Shown one piece after another: positions 19,458 through 31,860 of a stretch of DNA of 64,000 bases. The stretch covers positions 39,673 through 103,672 of the forward strand of contig JAYOUA010000001.1 of assembly GCA_038150705.1 (NCBI GenBank). The letters run 5' to 3'. The stretch comes from Porticoccaceae bacterium. GTDB lineage: Bacteria > Pseudomonadota > Gammaproteobacteria > Pseudomonadales > Porticoccaceae. How positions within the stretch are numbered: position 1 is the first letter of the stretch; the number at the start of each line of letters is the position of its first letter. The notes under the pieces are model-generated. The model was not told the DNA's origin, did not search any database, and saw only the letters and a program-made list of their open reading frames with translations. The translations under genes were made by a program, and so were the position numbers.

Positions 19458-21386
19458 ATGCCTGCCATTACATTGCCTGACGGCTCCCAACGTATTTTCG
19501 AAAATCCTGTTTCTGTGGCCGATGTCGCCGCCGATATTGGCGCTGGTCTAGCCAAAGCGACCCTTGCCGGTGTAGTTGACGGTGATGTGGTTGATGCCTC
19601 CTTTGTCATGGAGAAGGATTCGACTCTGGCAATTGTTACTGATCGCTCCGATGAAGCCCTAGATATTATCCGTCACTCCTCGGCTCACTTGCTGGCGATG
19701 GCGGTAAAACAGCTGTTCCCCACGGCACAGGTGACTATTGGCCCGGTGATAGAAGACGGTTTCTATTACGACTTTGCCTTTGAGCGCGCCTTTACGCCGG
19801 AAGATCTCGAGGCTATCGAAGCGCGTATGGCCGAGTTGGTTAAAGCCGATCACAGCATTGCTCGCGAAGAGTGGGATCGCGATGAGGCGGTGGAATTCTT
19901 CAAAAGCATTGGTGAAGTATACAAGGCCGAGATTATTGCCAGCATTCCTGCCGGTGAGCCGATTGGTCTCTATCGCCAGGGTGATTTTATTGATCTCTGC
20001 CGCGGCCCCCATGTCCCGTCCACGGCTAAGCTGCCTGCCTTTAAGTTGACTAAGGTTGCCGGTGCCTACTGGCGTGGCGACAGCGACAATGAAATGTTGC
20101 AGCGTATTTACGGTACAGCCTGGACTAATAAGAAAGAGCTTAAAGCCTATATCAATCGTCTCGCCGAAGCCGAAAAGCGCGATCACCGCAAGATTAATAA
20201 GAAGCTCGACTTCTACCATATGCAGGAAGAAGCGCCGGGTTCAATTTTTTGGCATCCGAAAGGCTGGAGTGTTTATAACACCATCGAACAATATATGCGC
20301 AACAAACAGCGCGAACAGGGTTATCAGGAAATTAAAACCCCGCAGATTGTCGATATCAGCCTCTGGGAAAAATCTGGTCACGCCGATAAGTTTGGCGACG
20401 ATATGTTTAGCCTGCAGACGGAAGATCGCAGCTATGCGGTAAAGCCAATGAACTGCCCCTGTCATGTGCAGGTATTTAACCAGGGTTTAAAAAGCTACAG
20501 AGACTTGCCCTTAAGGCTGGCTGAGTTTGGCTCCTGTCACCGCAATGAGCCGTCCGGTTCACTGCACGGCATTATGCGCGTGCGCTCATTTACTCAGGAT
20601 GACGCTCATATTTTTTGTGCTGAAGATCAGATTCAGTCAGAGGTAGCGCAGTTTATTGATTTTCTGCATGAGGTTTATGCCGACTTTGGTTTTGCCGAAA
20701 TTATCTATCGCCTCTCTACTCGCCCCGAACAGCGAGTTGGTTCTGATCAAGATTGGGATCGTGCAGAGAAAGCCCTGGGTGATGCACTGGATGCCAAAGA
20801 TCTGCCCTGGCAAGAGTTGCCGGGCGAAGGTGCATTCTACGGGCCGAAGATTGAGTTCTCTCTAAAAGACTGTATTGGTCGAGTCTGGCAGCTGGGTACG
20901 GTTCAGGTGGACTTCTCCATGCCCGGTCGTCTCGATGCACAGTATGTAGCCGAAGATGGCAGTCGCCAGGTTCCGGTAATGTTACACCGGGCGATTCTGG
21001 GTTCCTTTGAGCGTTTTATTGGTATTTTGATCGAGCATTATGAAGGTGCATTGCCTTTCTGGCTGGCGCCGGAACAGGCGGTTGTAATGAATATTACCGA
21101 TTCCCAGGCCGATTATGCGCAAGAAGTTGCTAAATCACTGCAAAATAAGGGATTTAGGGTCAATTGTGACTTGAGAAACGAGAAGATCGGCTTTAAAATC
21201 CGCGGTCACTCAATGCAGCGAGTCCCTTACATTCTCGTTGTTGGTGATAAAGAAATAGAATCGCGCTCAGTGGCGGTCCGAACTCGGGATGGCAAAGACC
21301 TTGGCAGTCTACCTTTGGAACAGGTGGCAGCCATGTTTACCGAGGAACAGGAGCGACGTGGGCAAACTAGTGTTGAAGCGGAGTAA
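19458..21386 (+). CDS. thrS: Threonyl-tRNA synthetase
   Basis: TGS domain, [36 protein letters not shown]. Confidence 0.99.
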   Translation: MPAITLPDGSQRIFENPVSVADVAADIGAGLAKATLAGVVDGDVVDASFVMEKDSTLAIVTDRSDEALDIIRHSSAHLLAMAVKQLFPTAQVTIGPVIEDGFYYDFAFERAFTPEDLEAIEARMAELVKADHSIAREEWDRDEAVEFFKSIGEVYKAEIIASIPAGEPIGLYRQGDFIDLCRGPHVPSTAKLPAFKLTKVAGAYWRGDSDNEMLQRIYGTAWTNKKELKAYINRLAEAEKRDHRKINKKLDFYHMQEEAPGSIFWHPKGWSVYNTIEQYMRNKQREQGYQEIKTPQIVDISLWEKSGHADKFGDDMFSLQTEDRSYAVKPMNCPCHVQVFNQGLKSYRDLPLRLAEFGSCHRNEPSGSLHGIMRVRSFTQDDAHIFCAEDQIQSEVAQFIDFLHEVYADFGFAEIIYRLSTRPEQRVGSDQDWDRAEKALGDALDAKDLPWQELPGEGAFYGPKIEFSLKDCIGRVWQLGTVQVDFSMPGRLDAQYVAEDGSRQVPVMLHRAILGSFERFIGILIEHYEGALPFWLAPEQAVVMNITDSQADYAQEVAKSLQNKGFRVNCDLRNEKIGFKIRGHSMQRVPYILVVGDKEIESRSVAVRTRDGKDLGSLPLEQVAAMFTEEQERRGQTSVEAE

Positions 21387-21391
21387 AGCTT

Positions 21392-21919
21392 ATTAAAAAA
21401 GGCAGCAAGCGGGCGCGTCTCAATGACGATATTACGTCCCCGGAAGTACGATTGGTAGGATCAGACGGTAGCCAGGTTGGCGTGGTTAGCCTGGAGACAG
21501 CCCTTGAGGCGGCCCAGAAGGAGACTCTGGACCTGGTTGAAATCTCACCGGATGCTCAGCCTCCAGTCTGTAAGATTATGGATTATGGCAAGCATGTCTT
21601 TGATATTAAGAAGAAAGTCGCCCTGCAAAAGAAAAAGCAGAAGCAGACACAGGTAAAAGAAATGAAGTTTCGCCCGGGTACAGACCAGGGTGATTACGAC
21701 ATCAAGTTACGTAATTTAGTACGTTTCTTGGAAAATGGTGATAAAGCTAAAATCAGCCTGCGTTTTCGCGGTCGTGAAATGGCTCACCAACAGCTCGGTA
21801 TGGATATGATGAAACGCATTGAGGCGGATCTCGAAGAGCTGGCACAAGTGGAACAATACCCCAAGATGGAAGGTCGTCAAATGATCATGGTGTTGTCCCC
21901 ACGCAGCAAGAAGAAGTAA
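21392..21919 (+). CDS. infC: Translation initiation factor IF-3, non-canonical ATT start at 21392
   Basis: In-frame ATT AAA AAA GGC..RLNDDI..EVRLV, 8 nt after GGAG; [18 protein letters not shown]. Confidence 0.95.
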   Translation: MKKGSKRARLNDDITSPEVRLVGSDGSQVGVVSLETALEAAQKETLDLVEISPDAQPPVCKIMDYGKHVFDIKKKVALQKKKQKQTQVKEMKFRPGTDQGDYDIKLRNLVRFLENGDKAKISLRFRGREMAHQQLGMDMMKRIEADLEELAQVEQYPKMEGRQMIMVLSPRSKKK

Positions 21920-22010
21920 TTAGTCGATCCGCGTTCAGCCACATGTTTTTGGCAGGCTGTCCGGACGTCTCTTCTTGTCTATTAACCAAAATCTCAACTG
22001 GAGAATAGAA

Positions 22011-22208
22011 ATGCCAAAAGCGAAAGCACACAGTGGAGCTGCAAAACGCTTCAAAAAAACGGCTGCAGGCTACAAGCACAAGCACCAGCACAAAAGCCAC
22101 ATTCTTACCAAAATGACTACCAAGCGTAAGCGTCAACTTCGTGGAACCAGCATCGTCAGTGATGCAGATGTCCCACGCGTTAACCGCATGCTGCGTAGTT
22201 CACTTTAA
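22011..22208 (+). CDS. rpmI: 50S ribosomal protein L35
   Basis: [17 protein letters not shown]; SD GGAG upstream of 22011. Confidence 0.97.
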   Translation: MPKAKAHSGAAKRFKKTAAGYKHKHQHKSHILTKMTTKRKRQLRGTSIVSDADVPRVNRMLRSSL

Positions 22209-22231
22209 TAACTGATTGGTAGGAGACTAAA

Positions 22232-22588
22232 ATGGCTAGAGTAAAACGTGGTGTAGAAGCACGCCGTCGTCACAAAAAAATCCTCAAGCAGGCAAAAGGT
22301 TATTACGGCGCACGCAGTCGTGTATACCGAGTTGCTGCCCAGGCAGTTACTAAAGCAGGTCAATACGCATACCGTGACCGTCGCGCCAAAAAGCGCACTT
22401 TCCGCAGACTGTGGATTGCCCGAATCAATGCTCAATCTCGTGCAGAGGGTCTGTCATACAGCCGTCTGATCAACGGTCTGAGCAAGGCAGGCATTACGCT
22501 TGACCGCCGTGTACTCGCCGACTTGGCAGTTCACGACAAAGCAGCCTTTGGTGCAGTAGTAAATCAGGCCAAAGCTGCCCTAGCTTAA
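22232..22588 (+). CDS. rplT: 50S ribosomal protein L20
   Basis: [34 protein letters not shown]. Confidence 0.99.
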   Translation: MARVKRGVEARRRHKKILKQAKGYYGARSRVYRVAAQAVTKAGQYAYRDRRAKKRTFRRLWIARINAQSRAEGLSYSRLINGLSKAGITLDRRVLADLAVHDKAAFGAVVNQAKAALA

Positions 22589-22630
22589 ACAGCGCACTAC
22601 CTGCTCGCGCAGGGGTTTAGAAGCTAACCG

Positions 22631-22667
22631 AATAGGGAAGGGGCTATTGCTCTTTCCCTATTTTTTT
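22631..22667 (+). terminator. Rho-independent terminator after rplT
   Basis: AATAGGGAAGGGG-ctattg-CTCTTTCCCTATT followed by T tract. Confidence 0.85.
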
Positions 22668-22705
22668 ATCAGTAATAAGATAGCCAACACAGAAAAATGT
22701 GGTGA

Positions 22706-23725
<1,020 letters not shown>

Positions 23726-23738
23726 ACTGGGGTAACCA

Positions 23739-26135
23739 ATGAAATTTAGTGAATCCTGGTTGCGACAATCAGTAAATCCATCAATCTCAACAGCGGATCT
23801 GGTTGCCCAGATCACCATGGCCGGTCTTGAAGTGGATGCCGTTGAACCTGCTGCGCCAACAATATCTGGCGTAGTAGTCGGTGAGATTATCTCTGTCGAG
23901 CAGCACCCGGATGCGGACAAACTGCGTGTCTGTCGGGTTGCAGGCGGTAAAGCCAGTGAAACCATTCAGGTTGTCTGTGGTGCACCCAACGCTCGCCCTG
24001 GTATTAAAGTGCCATTCGCCACCGTAGGTGCCAAACTCCCCGGTGACTTTAAAATTAAAAAGGCCAAGCTCAGAGGTGTTGAATCCTTTGGTATGCTCTG
24101 TGCCCAGACTGAGCTGCAGCTCGGTGATGATGATGATGGTCTCTGGGAGCTGCCCGCAGAGGCAACGGTTGGCGCCGACCTTATTGACTACCTGGATCTC
24201 GACGACAATCTTATCGATGTAGACCTGACGCCAAATCGCGGTGACTGTCTTAGCATCCGTGGACTGGCGCGCGAGGTAGGTGTGCTCAATAAAGTCGAAG
24301 TAACCCAGCAGGCCTGCACCCCGGTGCCGGCAACAATTAACGATACTGTAAACATTACTCTCGAGGCGCCAGATGCCTGTGCGCGCTATGTGGGTAGAGT
24401 TATTCGCGGTCTTGATCTCAGCCAGCCAACACCTCAGTGGATGCAGGAAAAACTGCGCCGCAGTGGTATTCGCAGCCTTGCTCCCGCGGTAGATGTCACC
24501 AACTATGTACTTCTGGAGTTGGGACAACCTATGCACGCCTTTGATCTGTCAAAAATCGATGGCGACATCACTGTGCGTATGGCCCGCGATGAAAAGTTAA
24601 AGCTCCTCGATGATTCCGAAGTTGTCGTCGACAGCGAGACACTGGTTATTGCCGACCAGAGCAAAGCATTGGCCATGGCCGGTATTATGGGCGGTGATCA
24701 ATCTGCTGTGGGCGATAATACCACTGATATCCTTTTTGAAAGCGCCTGGTTTAATCCTCTGGCGATTGCCGGTAAGGCGCGTAACTATGGCAAGCATACA
24801 GACTCCTCCCATCGCTTTGAGCGCGGAGTTGATTCACGCCTTCAGGTTGCTGCCATAGAGCGCGCTACAGCCCTGATGCTGGAGATCTGTGGTGGCCAGG
24901 CTGGACCAGTGGTAATCGAAGAGTCCGCCCAGCACCTGCCGCAGCCGGCGACTATTACCCTGCGCGACCAGCGACTCACTCAGCAGTTGGGTGTCGCGAT
25001 AGAAGCTGCAGAAGTGGACGATATGTTGAGCCGTCTCGGTCTGAGCTTTGTCGAGCGCGATGATTCAGGCTCCACCTGGGTTGCTCCCAGTTGGCGTTTT
25101 GACCTGACTATCGAGCAGGATTTGGTCGAAGAAGTGGCGCGAATATATGGCTACAATAATCTGCCCACCTCAACGCCGACCATGGCCCTTGAGCTGCAAG
25201 CTGATGCGGAAGTCCAGCAGGGCTTAAATCCCTTTAGGCGTCAGCTGATCGCAAGTGGCTACCAGGAAGCCATTACCTACAGTTTTGTTGACCCCGAACT
25301 GCAAAAGCTAATTGATCCCGAGATAGCCCCGGTGGCACTGGCCAACCCAATCTCAGCGGATATGGCGGTGATGCGCACTAGTCTGTGGACAGGCCTGTTA
25401 TCCACAGCGATTTATAACCTCAATCGCCAGCAGAGCCGCGTTAGAATTTTTGAGGCAGGGCAGTGCTTTGTTCCCGCTAAAGCGGACAGTGCCGATAACT
25501 CGCTATCACAGAATATGGCCCTTGCCGGATTGATCTGTGGTTCGAGAACTCCAACTGGCTGGACAGCCAGTAAAGAGAAGGTCGATTTCTTTGATATTAA
25601 GGGCCACCTCGAGGAGGTTCTAGCCCATACAGGGTTGTCGGAGCAGTTCAGTTATGCAGCCGCCTCACACTCCGCACTACACCCAGGTCAGTCCGCTCGA
25701 GTGCTGCGCAACGGTCAACATATTGGTTGGATAGGGCAGTTGCATCCAAAGCTTCAGGCGCAGTTGGATATCAGTACAGCGGTTTACCTGTTCCAGGTAG
25801 ATGTGGATATGATCACCGAAAGCAAGTTGCCAGCCTTTAAAGAGGTCAGTAAGTTTCCCGAGGTTCGTCGCGATCTGGCATTTTTTGTCGATACCGCAGT
25901 CACCTCAGCAGAGCTGCTTGACGAGGCGCGAACAGCCGCAGGCGAGCATTTGTCTCATTTAAAGTTATTTGATGTTTATCACAGCAAAGATGTTGAAAAC
26001 AAAGGTAAAAGTCTTGCTCTAGGCTTGACGTTTCAGCACAGTTCACGCACTCTTGCCGATGACGAGATTAACGCTGCGGTGGATCGTGTTGTTTCACAGC
26101 TCGAGTCAAAGTTTAAGGCCGCGCTCAGGGGCTGA
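23739..26135 (+). CDS. pheT: Phenylalanyl-tRNA synthetase beta subunit
   Basis: [49 protein letters not shown]. Confidence 0.99.
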   Translation: MKFSESWLRQSVNPSISTADLVAQITMAGLEVDAVEPAAPTISGVVVGEIISVEQHPDADKLRVCRVAGGKASETIQVVCGAPNARPGIKVPFATVGAKLPGDFKIKKAKLRGVESFGMLCAQTELQLGDDDDGLWELPAEATVGADLIDYLDLDDNLIDVDLTPNRGDCLSIRGLAREVGVLNKVEVTQQACTPVPATINDTVNITLEAPDACARYVGRVIRGLDLSQPTPQWMQEKLRRSGIRSLAPAVDVTNYVLLELGQPMHAFDLSKIDGDITVRMARDEKLKLLDDSEVVVDSETLVIADQSKALAMAGIMGGDQSAVGDNTTDILFESAWFNPLAIAGKARNYGKHTDSSHRFERGVDSRLQVAAIERATALMLEICGGQAGPVVIEESAQHLPQPATITLRDQRLTQQLGVAIEAAEVDDMLSRLGLSFVERDDSGSTWVAPSWRFDLTIEQDLVEEVARIYGYNNLPTSTPTMALELQADAEVQQGLNPFRRQLIASGYQEAITYSFVDPELQKLIDPEIAPVALANPISADMAVMRTSLWTGLLSTAIYNLNRQQSRVRIFEAGQCFVPAKADSADNSLSQNMALAGLICGSRTPTGWTASKEKVDFFDIKGHLEEVLAHTGLSEQFSYAAASHSALHPGQSARVLRNGQHIGWIGQLHPKLQAQLDISTAVYLFQVDVDMITESKLPAFKEVSKFPEVRRDLAFFVDTAVTSAELLDEARTAAGEHLSHLKLFDVYHSKDVENKGKSLALGLTFQHSSRTLADDEINAAVDRVVSQLESKFKAALRG

Positions 26136-26179
26136 TCCAGCGGCGGTCAAAACCTGATAATAAAGTTAGGAACGGGTAT

Positions 26180-26479
26180 ATGGGTGCACTGACAAAAGCT
26201 GATCTGGCAGAAATGTTGTTTGATGAACTTGGACTTAACAAGCGTGAGGCCAAGGAAATCGTCGAGATGTTCTACAGTGAAATTTGTACAGCTCTGGAAA
26301 ACAATGACCAGGTCAAATTATCCGGGTTTGGCAATTTTGAGCTGCGCGATAAAAACAGCCGACCAGGTAGAAACCCAAAAACCGGTGAAGAAATCCCCAT
26401 CTCTGCAAGACGAGTAGTGACCTTTAAACCAGGCCAGAAACTCAAGGCAAGGGTAGAGAACTATGCTGGAACCAAGTAA
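26180..26479 (+). CDS. ihfA: Integration host factor alpha
   Basis: [28 protein letters not shown]. Confidence 0.98.
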   Translation: MGALTKADLAEMLFDELGLNKREAKEIVEMFYSEICTALENNDQVKLSGFGNFELRDKNSRPGRNPKTGEEIPISARRVVTFKPGQKLKARVENYAGTK

Positions 26480-26822
26480 TAACAACGAACTTCCCGCGAT
26501 ACCTGGAAAACGTTATTTTACCATTGGTGAAGTAGCTGAACTCTGCGCTGTAAAGCCTCATGTATTGCGTTACTGGGAACAGGAATTTCCTACTCTCAAT
26601 CCAGTTAAGCGCCGTGGCAACCGCCGCTATTATCAGCGCGAAGACGTCGTTCTGATTCGCCAGATACGTTCACTGCTCTACGAGCACGGCTTTACCATTG
26701 GCGGCGCACGCCAGCGTATAGAGGGCGAAGTAGCCAAGCAAGAGCAAACCCCCTACAAACAATTAATTGACCAGACCATTGTCGAGTTGGAAGGCCTTCT
26801 CGAGATGCTCGACAAACGCTAA
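26463..26822 (+). CDS. MerR-family HTH regulator (conserved ihfA neighbour)
   Basis: [34 protein letters not shown]. Confidence 0.92.
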   Translation: MLEPSNNNELPAIPGKRYFTIGEVAELCAVKPHVLRYWEQEFPTLNPVKRRGNRRYYQREDVVLIRQIRSLLYEHGFTIGGARQRIEGEVAKQEQTPYKQLIDQTIVELEGLLEMLDKR

Positions 26823-26840
26823 TCAGGGTACCTGTAGCGG

Positions 26841-26868
26841 TTGCAAATACAGTTATTGTCTGTATGAT
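26841..26868 (+). promoter_or_regulatory. Candidate sigma-70 promoter of tRNA-Pro
   Basis: TTGCAA-16-TATGAT followed by GCGCC discriminator. Confidence 0.55.
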
Positions 26869-26882
26869 TGCGCCACTCTTAT

Positions 26883-26959
26883 CGGGGCGTAGCGCAGCCT
26901 GGTAGCGCACTACACTGGGGGTGTAGTGGTCGCAGGTTCAAATCCTGCCGTCCCGACCA
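26883..26959 (+). tRNA. tRNA-Pro (GGG)
   Basis: 77-nt cloverleaf: CGGGGCG acceptor, CTACA-CTGGGGG-TGTAG anticodon arm, GGTTCAAATCC T-arm, CCA end. Confidence 0.97.
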
Positions 26960-26965
26960 ATTAAT

Positions 26966-26996
26966 AAAAAAGGCCACCCTTGGGTGGCCTTTTTTA
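26966..26996 (+). terminator. Terminator after tRNA-Pro
   Basis: AAAAAAGGCCACCC-TT-GGGTGGCCTTTTTT. Confidence 0.85.
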
Positions 26997-27131
26997 TTAA
27001 CCGCCGACACGGCGGATTTTGAGGGTTAAAGCGCCCAGGTTCACCAATTACGCCTGCGGCGGAATTGGAACAAGGCGAGCAGCGACGCAGCCCCGGAGGG
27101 GTTGGCAACAAACTTCAGTTTGTTGGGAATT

Positions 27132-27143
27132 AAATCCTGCCGT
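27132..27143 (+). repeat. 12-bp direct repeat of the tRNA-Pro 3' region (att-like remnant)
   Basis: AAATCCTGCCGT identical to 26940-26951. Confidence 0.5.
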
Positions 27144-27254
27144 TTACTCTCAGTATTGCTACTAAACATCAAGGGTACAGTTTCATCCGCCAAGTAGCTC
27201 ATCAAGCTATCTCTCACAGGGGCTCGAGATGATAGCCTTTGGGCAAGCCGCAAA

Positions 27255-28523
27255 TTACAGCGAAGCACTTACCGTCAGCCATAGCTTCTCTGTATCCACC
27301 TTATTAAATGAGCTGTCTCCGTCAGAGTAGTTGGCATATTTGAGGCTTAGTCCGTAGTTGCCAATCTTGGTGCTGGCAAACAATCCAAACTCGCTGCCTA
27401 AATCATCGTCGCCACTTAGATTATCGGTGTCTGATTTAAAATCATGGTAGACCGCTAACAGCTTTATACCAGCCAATTTGGCGCCCGCTGAGAAGTAAAT
27501 ATCCCTCACCCCCTCGTCAGGTGTAGCGAGAAACTGATCACTCCAGCCCTGAAACGCATGCCCGGTTGCTAGTGGTGTGGCAAAACCATAGTTGCCGTCG
27601 TCACTCTGTAGGCTTTCAAAGCCTAGGGAAAAAGTCAGGTTGTCGACGTCGAGACTGGCCTCTGCCATCAGATAATCCGCATCAAATTCAGTGCCATTGG
27701 CCAGCTCTTGTTCCTGGGTTGCATATTCAATTTGGTAACCAAGACCTTCTGTATTACCGCTAAAACGCAGTCCGTAGGTGTCGTATTGCGTATCACTCTG
27801 TTTCTCGTCGAGAAGATAGCTGTAGAACACCAGACTGCCGGCACTCCAGCCGCTGTAATTGATATTCAGAAGATCCGTGCTGCTATCTGTGTCGCTTACA
27901 TAAGGGTCGTCTTCGCCAAAGATGCGGTTGACATTGTTGATGTACGCATAGAAAACCTGAGTGTCACATTTGCACTTATGGCTGATTGAGAAGGCGTCGA
28001 AGGTCTGTTCGTTTTGACGAAACCCAACGCCACCGACAAAACGCTGGTTATCCAGAAGTATTCTCTGGCGTCCATATTTGCCTGTGGTGTTGCCATAGGT
28101 ATAGCTGAGATATGCCTGATTGACTTCGGTGCCCTCAGGGTCGGCAATAATCGCTTTCCCGGGGAAGTTACCAGTATTCTTTAAGCCTGCACTGGTAGGG
28201 TAATTATTGCCATCCAGTTCAGTAATATTATCCATTTCGAGAAATGCTCTAAAACCATTGTAACTTGCAGTTTTGTAATTGAGTCGGGTTCTAAGCGTTA
28301 AGGCATTGGCTTCGTCATTGCTGGGATTATCCACGTCGACATCCTCGTGGCGCAGGCGAAAACTCAATTTGGCGCTGCCATTTTTAATGGCATCCTGCAG
28401 GTTGTTGGCAGTGCTGGCAGTTTCGGCTGCGTTGACTGTTGTGATAGAGGTTGCTGCCAAGACCAGAGTAGCGAGAGTCGGGGCGAATAATTTAGGGGTT
28501 AATATTTGCCTGGTTTTACGCAT
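27255..28523 (-). CDS. Outer-membrane beta-barrel, alginate-export-family-like
   Basis: Signal peptide; RLRHEDVD, TLRTRLNY, TEVNQAYL, GRQRILLDNQRFVGGVGFRQNEQTFD, FATPLATGHAFQGWSDQF. Confidence 0.8.
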   Translation of the reverse strand: MRKTRQILTPKLFAPTLATLVLAATSITTVNAAETASTANNLQDAIKNGSAKLSFRLRHEDVDVDNPSNDEANALTLRTRLNYKTASYNGFRAFLEMDNITELDGNNYPTSAGLKNTGNFPGKAIIADPEGTEVNQAYLSYTYGNTTGKYGRQRILLDNQRFVGGVGFRQNEQTFDAFSISHKCKCDTQVFYAYINNVNRIFGEDDPYVSDTDSSTDLLNINYSGWSAGSLVFYSYLLDEKQSDTQYDTYGLRFSGNTEGLGYQIEYATQEQELANGTEFDADYLMAEASLDVDNLTFSLGFESLQSDDGNYGFATPLATGHAFQGWSDQFLATPDEGVRDIYFSAGAKLAGIKLLAVYHDFKSDTDNLSGDDDLGSEFGLFASTKIGNYGLSLKYANYSDGDSSFNKVDTEKLWLTVSASL

Positions 28524-28600
28524 GATAATTTCCTTTCATCATTTTAGTTTACTAAACAGGTTAAGAAGTTTTTTAAGCTGTTTTTAAAATCAATGGCTAT

Positions 28601-28642
28601 AGGGTAGGCTGAACGGTGGCGTGAAATATTGACCTGAATCAA
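28601..28642 (-). promoter_or_regulatory. Class II FNR-type promoter of the porin
   Basis: TTGAC-CTGA-ATCAA at 28629-28642; minus-strand -10 TACCCT at 28606-28601 fits -41.5 geometry; NarL-like heptamer TACCCCT at 28657-28663. Confidence 0.7.
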
Positions 28643-28739
28643 GGCTGATCAAAGGCTACCCCTACTGTGATAGGCATACTTGTTTTGGGTAGGGCAGCCG
28701 AGATTTTTTTGGATAGAGAGAACGTCTTTTAACTCTCTG

Positions 28740-30020
28740 TTAGATCTCCTCAAGAAAGTTATGGGTTTTGGCGTAGCGGATACGCTGGCGCAGGCGATCT
28801 GATTTATTGGCAAAGAACATTGCGGTCATACACAGGGCCAAAACACCGTAGAGCAGCATAAAAGCGGCGCTGTGAATGCCGATAGCGTCCTCGGCAAGAC
28901 CAAAGGCAATCGGCAGTGTACAGCCGCCTAGAGCACCGATAGCGGCGACAAAACCACCGACGCTGCCCATCTGCTCGGGATAGTAATCGTGGATGGTTTT
29001 ATAGACACTGGCGCGGCCGAATCCCTGGGCAATACCAATAATAAAAATCAGGCCGGTAAATAACCAAATATTGATTTCAATGGTCAGGCGAACATCTTTG
29101 TCGATTCCGTGAATAGTCATGGTAGTGGGGGGATAGCTGAGGAAAAACAGACACACCAGACAGATCCAGAAGACCGTCCAGTTGACTGCGCGACCGCCGT
29201 AGCGGTCGGCAAACCAGCCACCCAGAGCGCGCACCATGCTGGAGGTGGCAACAAAAAACAGGGTGAAGGCCATAGCCTGTTCAATACTCAGTTGATAGGC
29301 GTTGATGTAGTACTGAGGCAGCCACATGATCAGCGCTAAAAAACTGCCAAAAACAAAAAAATAATAGAGACCAAAGCGCCATACCTGCAGATGGCCAAGA
29401 TCCCGGAGGTTGCTGGCTAGGGATTGCAGATTGCCCACAGGCGTTGCCTTTGGGCTAGCAGAGGGTGCCAGCCAGGCAAACATCAGAGCGGTTATTAACA
29501 GTCCAGCGGCATAACTGGGTCCCAGAGTTTGCCAGCCCCAATGCTCAATGATTTGCGGGGCTACAGCTAATGTGATGGCAGCGCCGGCATTGCCAGCACC
29601 AAAGATGCCCATCGCCGTGCCCTGGCTATTGCGTGTAAACCAGTCATTGATATAGCGAATACCAATGGCAAATGAGGCACCGCTAATCCCTATCCACAGG
29701 CCCAGCCACAGGTAGTGATTGAGGCTGGATATCATTGGCAGTATCAGCAGGGCGGGAATCGTAGCCAACATTTGCCCGGTAAAAATATGCTTGGGGTTGT
29801 AGCGGTCGGCTAGAATACCCAAAGGTATTCTAGCCACTGCGCCAGTCAGCATAGGGGCGGCAAATACAATGCCGAGCCTGGTGGCACTAAGCTGCATACT
29901 GTGCTGTAACTCCAGCCCAATAACCGCATAGAGAATCCATACGGCAAAGTTGGCAGCAAAGGCAATGGTTGCCATACTCAGTGCGCAGCTGGCACCTGGT
30001 ATTACACTGTCCCTGTTCAC
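28740..30020 (-). CDS. narK: NarK/NNP-family nitrate/nitrite MFS transporter (NarK1-like)
   Basis: RIPLGILADRY, nitrate signature GIFGAGNAGAA, YFFVFGSF, RALGGWFADRYG. Confidence 0.88.
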   Translation of the reverse strand: MNRDSVIPGASCALSMATIAFAANFAVWILYAVIGLELQHSMQLSATRLGIVFAAPMLTGAVARIPLGILADRYNPKHIFTGQMLATIPALLILPMISSLNHYLWLGLWIGISGASFAIGIRYINDWFTRNSQGTAMGIFGAGNAGAAITLAVAPQIIEHWGWQTLGPSYAAGLLITALMFAWLAPSASPKATPVGNLQSLASNLRDLGHLQVWRFGLYYFFVFGSFLALIMWLPQYYINAYQLSIEQAMAFTLFFVATSSMVRALGGWFADRYGGRAVNWTVFWICLVCLFFLSYPPTTMTIHGIDKDVRLTIEINIWLFTGLIFIIGIAQGFGRASVYKTIHDYYPEQMGSVGGFVAAIGALGGCTLPIAFGLAEDAIGIHSAAFMLLYGVLALCMTAMFFANKSDRLRQRIRYAKTHNFLEEI

Positions 30021-30121
30021 TGTGAATTGCCTCCTTACCGGCAGTGTTAAAGGCTACTTTAAAGAATCATCCCCGCAGCGGCTATCAGCTACCTCTCTTA
30101 ATTTTTTTGTCAGTTTCACCC

Positions 30122-30137
30122 TACTTAAATAGGGGTA
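30122..30137. promoter_or_regulatory. NarL 7-2-7 site between the divergent narK genes
   Basis: TACTTAA-AT-AGGGGTA (consensus heptamer TACYNMT). Confidence 0.6.
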
Positions 30138-30239
30138 CAGCGCCACTGATATCGGGCTTTTGCTGTGGGTTTGGGATTTCAATGTAGGTAGTTGTATATG
30201 CTTCACAGTAAGTTCCTGTAACTACAAAGCCAAAGACAT

Positions 30240-30253
30240 TTGATGCATATCAA
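30240..30253. promoter_or_regulatory. Perfect FNR/Anr box
   Basis: TTGAT-GCAT-ATCAA, a fully palindromic consensus. Confidence 0.85.
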
Positions 30254-30320
30254 ACCCCTTGCCGGAGAATCGTTCGAGACTGTACGGGATCTTTTTCGTT
30301 ATGGCTTGCCGGAGGCATCT

Positions 30321-31826
30321 ATGTCTATAGAACACTCACCTGCAGAATCCACTGCTTCTGCAACAGGAATAAATCTGTTTAAGCTGACCGACCCCAAAAT
30401 CAAGACCCTGCATATCACTTGGTTTGCATTTTTCCTAACCTTTATGGTGTGGTTTAACCATGCACCACTGCTGGTTTTTATCAAAGAGGCTTTTGATCTG
30501 AGTTCCCAGCAGATTAAAGCGCTGATGATCCTCAACGTCGCATTGACAATTCCCGCGCGTATTCTGATTGGAATCCTTGTGGACAAGATTGGGCCGCGAA
30601 AAGTTTACAGTGGCCTGCTGATAACCAGCGGGTTTATCTGTATTGCCTTCGCCTTCTCCCAGACCTACCAGCAGTTAGCTCTGATACGCTTTTTAATGGG
30701 CTTTGTCGGCGCTGGTTTTGTGATTGGTATTCGTATGGTCGGTGAATGGTTTCCCCACAAGTCCGTAGGTATTGCCGAGGGTATTTACGGCGGTTGGGGC
30801 AATTTTGGCTCCGCGGCATCGGCGATGTTGCTGCCAACGCTGGCGATGATTTACGGGGGTGAGGACGGCTGGCGCTACGCCATTGCCACAACAGGGCTTA
30901 TCGCTGGTTTATACGGTATTTTTTACTATCGTGTTGCCCGCAATACACCCAAGGGTTCGACTTATTTTAAACCGAAAAAGTCCGGCGGTCTGGAAGTTAC
31001 TAGCCGCAGGGATCTGTATTTCTATCTGCTGATGAATATCCCCATGTATATAGCTCTGGCCGTGCTTTCGTGGAAACTCTCACCCTCAGGTGTAGGGCTG
31101 TTAAGCAGCAATATTATGTACGCTATCTGGCTGGTTCTGATTGTGCTGTTTGCCTATCAATGCCAAAAGATCTGGCATGTAAACTGCGAGCACCTAACCC
31201 ATGGTGTTCCAGAACAGGATAAATACAAGTTCAAGCAGGTAGCTATTCTCAACTGGGCCTATTTTGTCACCTTTGGTTCCGAGCTGGCAGTGGTTTCAAT
31301 GTTGCCGTTATTTTTCCTCGAGACCTTCGATAGCCTGGATCCGGTTAAGGCCGGCCTGCTGGCTTCCGGTTTTGCGGTGATGAATCTGATAGCCCGACCC
31401 ACTGGTGGCTGGTTTTCCGATCACTTTGGTCGTCGCAAATCGCTGCTTATCCTGATTGGTGGACTGAGCTTGGGCTATGGCTTGTTATCGCAGATCAACA
31501 GTGGCTGGTGGATACCATTGGCGGTTATATCAACCATGGCCTGTTCTTTCTTTGTCCAGGCGGGCGAGGGTGCTGTTTTTGCCATAGTGCCACTAATCAA
31601 GCGCCGCATGACCGGGCAGATTGCCGGTATGACTGGTGCCTATGGCAATGTCGGTGCGGTGACCTACCTGACCATACTGAGCTTTGTCGACTACAGCACT
31701 TTCTTTATGCTGATCGGTGCCTCGGCACTTATTGTTTTTGCTATCGCCATGCTGCTCGAAGAGCCCAAGGGGCAGATCTCCGAGATTCTGCCGGATGGTA
31801 CTGTGCATATGATCGATGTCGGCTAG
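30321..31826 (+). CDS. NasA/NRT2-like NNP-family nitrate transporter; likely ATG 30321 (ORF-track TTG 30240 overlaps the FNR box)
   Basis: [58 protein letters not shown]; SD GGAGG at 30311-30315. Confidence 0.88.
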   Translation: MSIEHSPAESTASATGINLFKLTDPKIKTLHITWFAFFLTFMVWFNHAPLLVFIKEAFDLSSQQIKALMILNVALTIPARILIGILVDKIGPRKVYSGLLITSGFICIAFAFSQTYQQLALIRFLMGFVGAGFVIGIRMVGEWFPHKSVGIAEGIYGGWGNFGSAASAMLLPTLAMIYGGEDGWRYAIATTGLIAGLYGIFYYRVARNTPKGSTYFKPKKSGGLEVTSRRDLYFYLLMNIPMYIALAVLSWKLSPSGVGLLSSNIMYAIWLVLIVLFAYQCQKIWHVNCEHLTHGVPEQDKYKFKQVAILNWAYFVTFGSELAVVSMLPLFFLETFDSLDPVKAGLLASGFAVMNLIARPTGGWFSDHFGRRKSLLILIGGLSLGYGLLSQINSGWWIPLAVISTMACSFFVQAGEGAVFAIVPLIKRRMTGQIAGMTGAYGNVGAVTYLTILSFVDYSTFFMLIGASALIVFAIAMLLEEPKGQISEILPDGTVHMIDVG

Positions 31827-31860
31827 TTAGCCCAGCCATTTTCTCGGACCGGGAGGCATA

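Noticed and set aside
27020-27065. Resemblance of TTACGCCTGCGGCGG to the 3' part of 6S RNA
   Set aside because: Short match only; no long 6S-like duplex with central bubble, and wrong genomic context (not zapA/ygfA)
30240-30320. TTG start and N-terminal extension of the NasA-like transporter
   Set aside because: The TTG is part of the FNR box; a strong GGAGG SD precedes ATG 30321.
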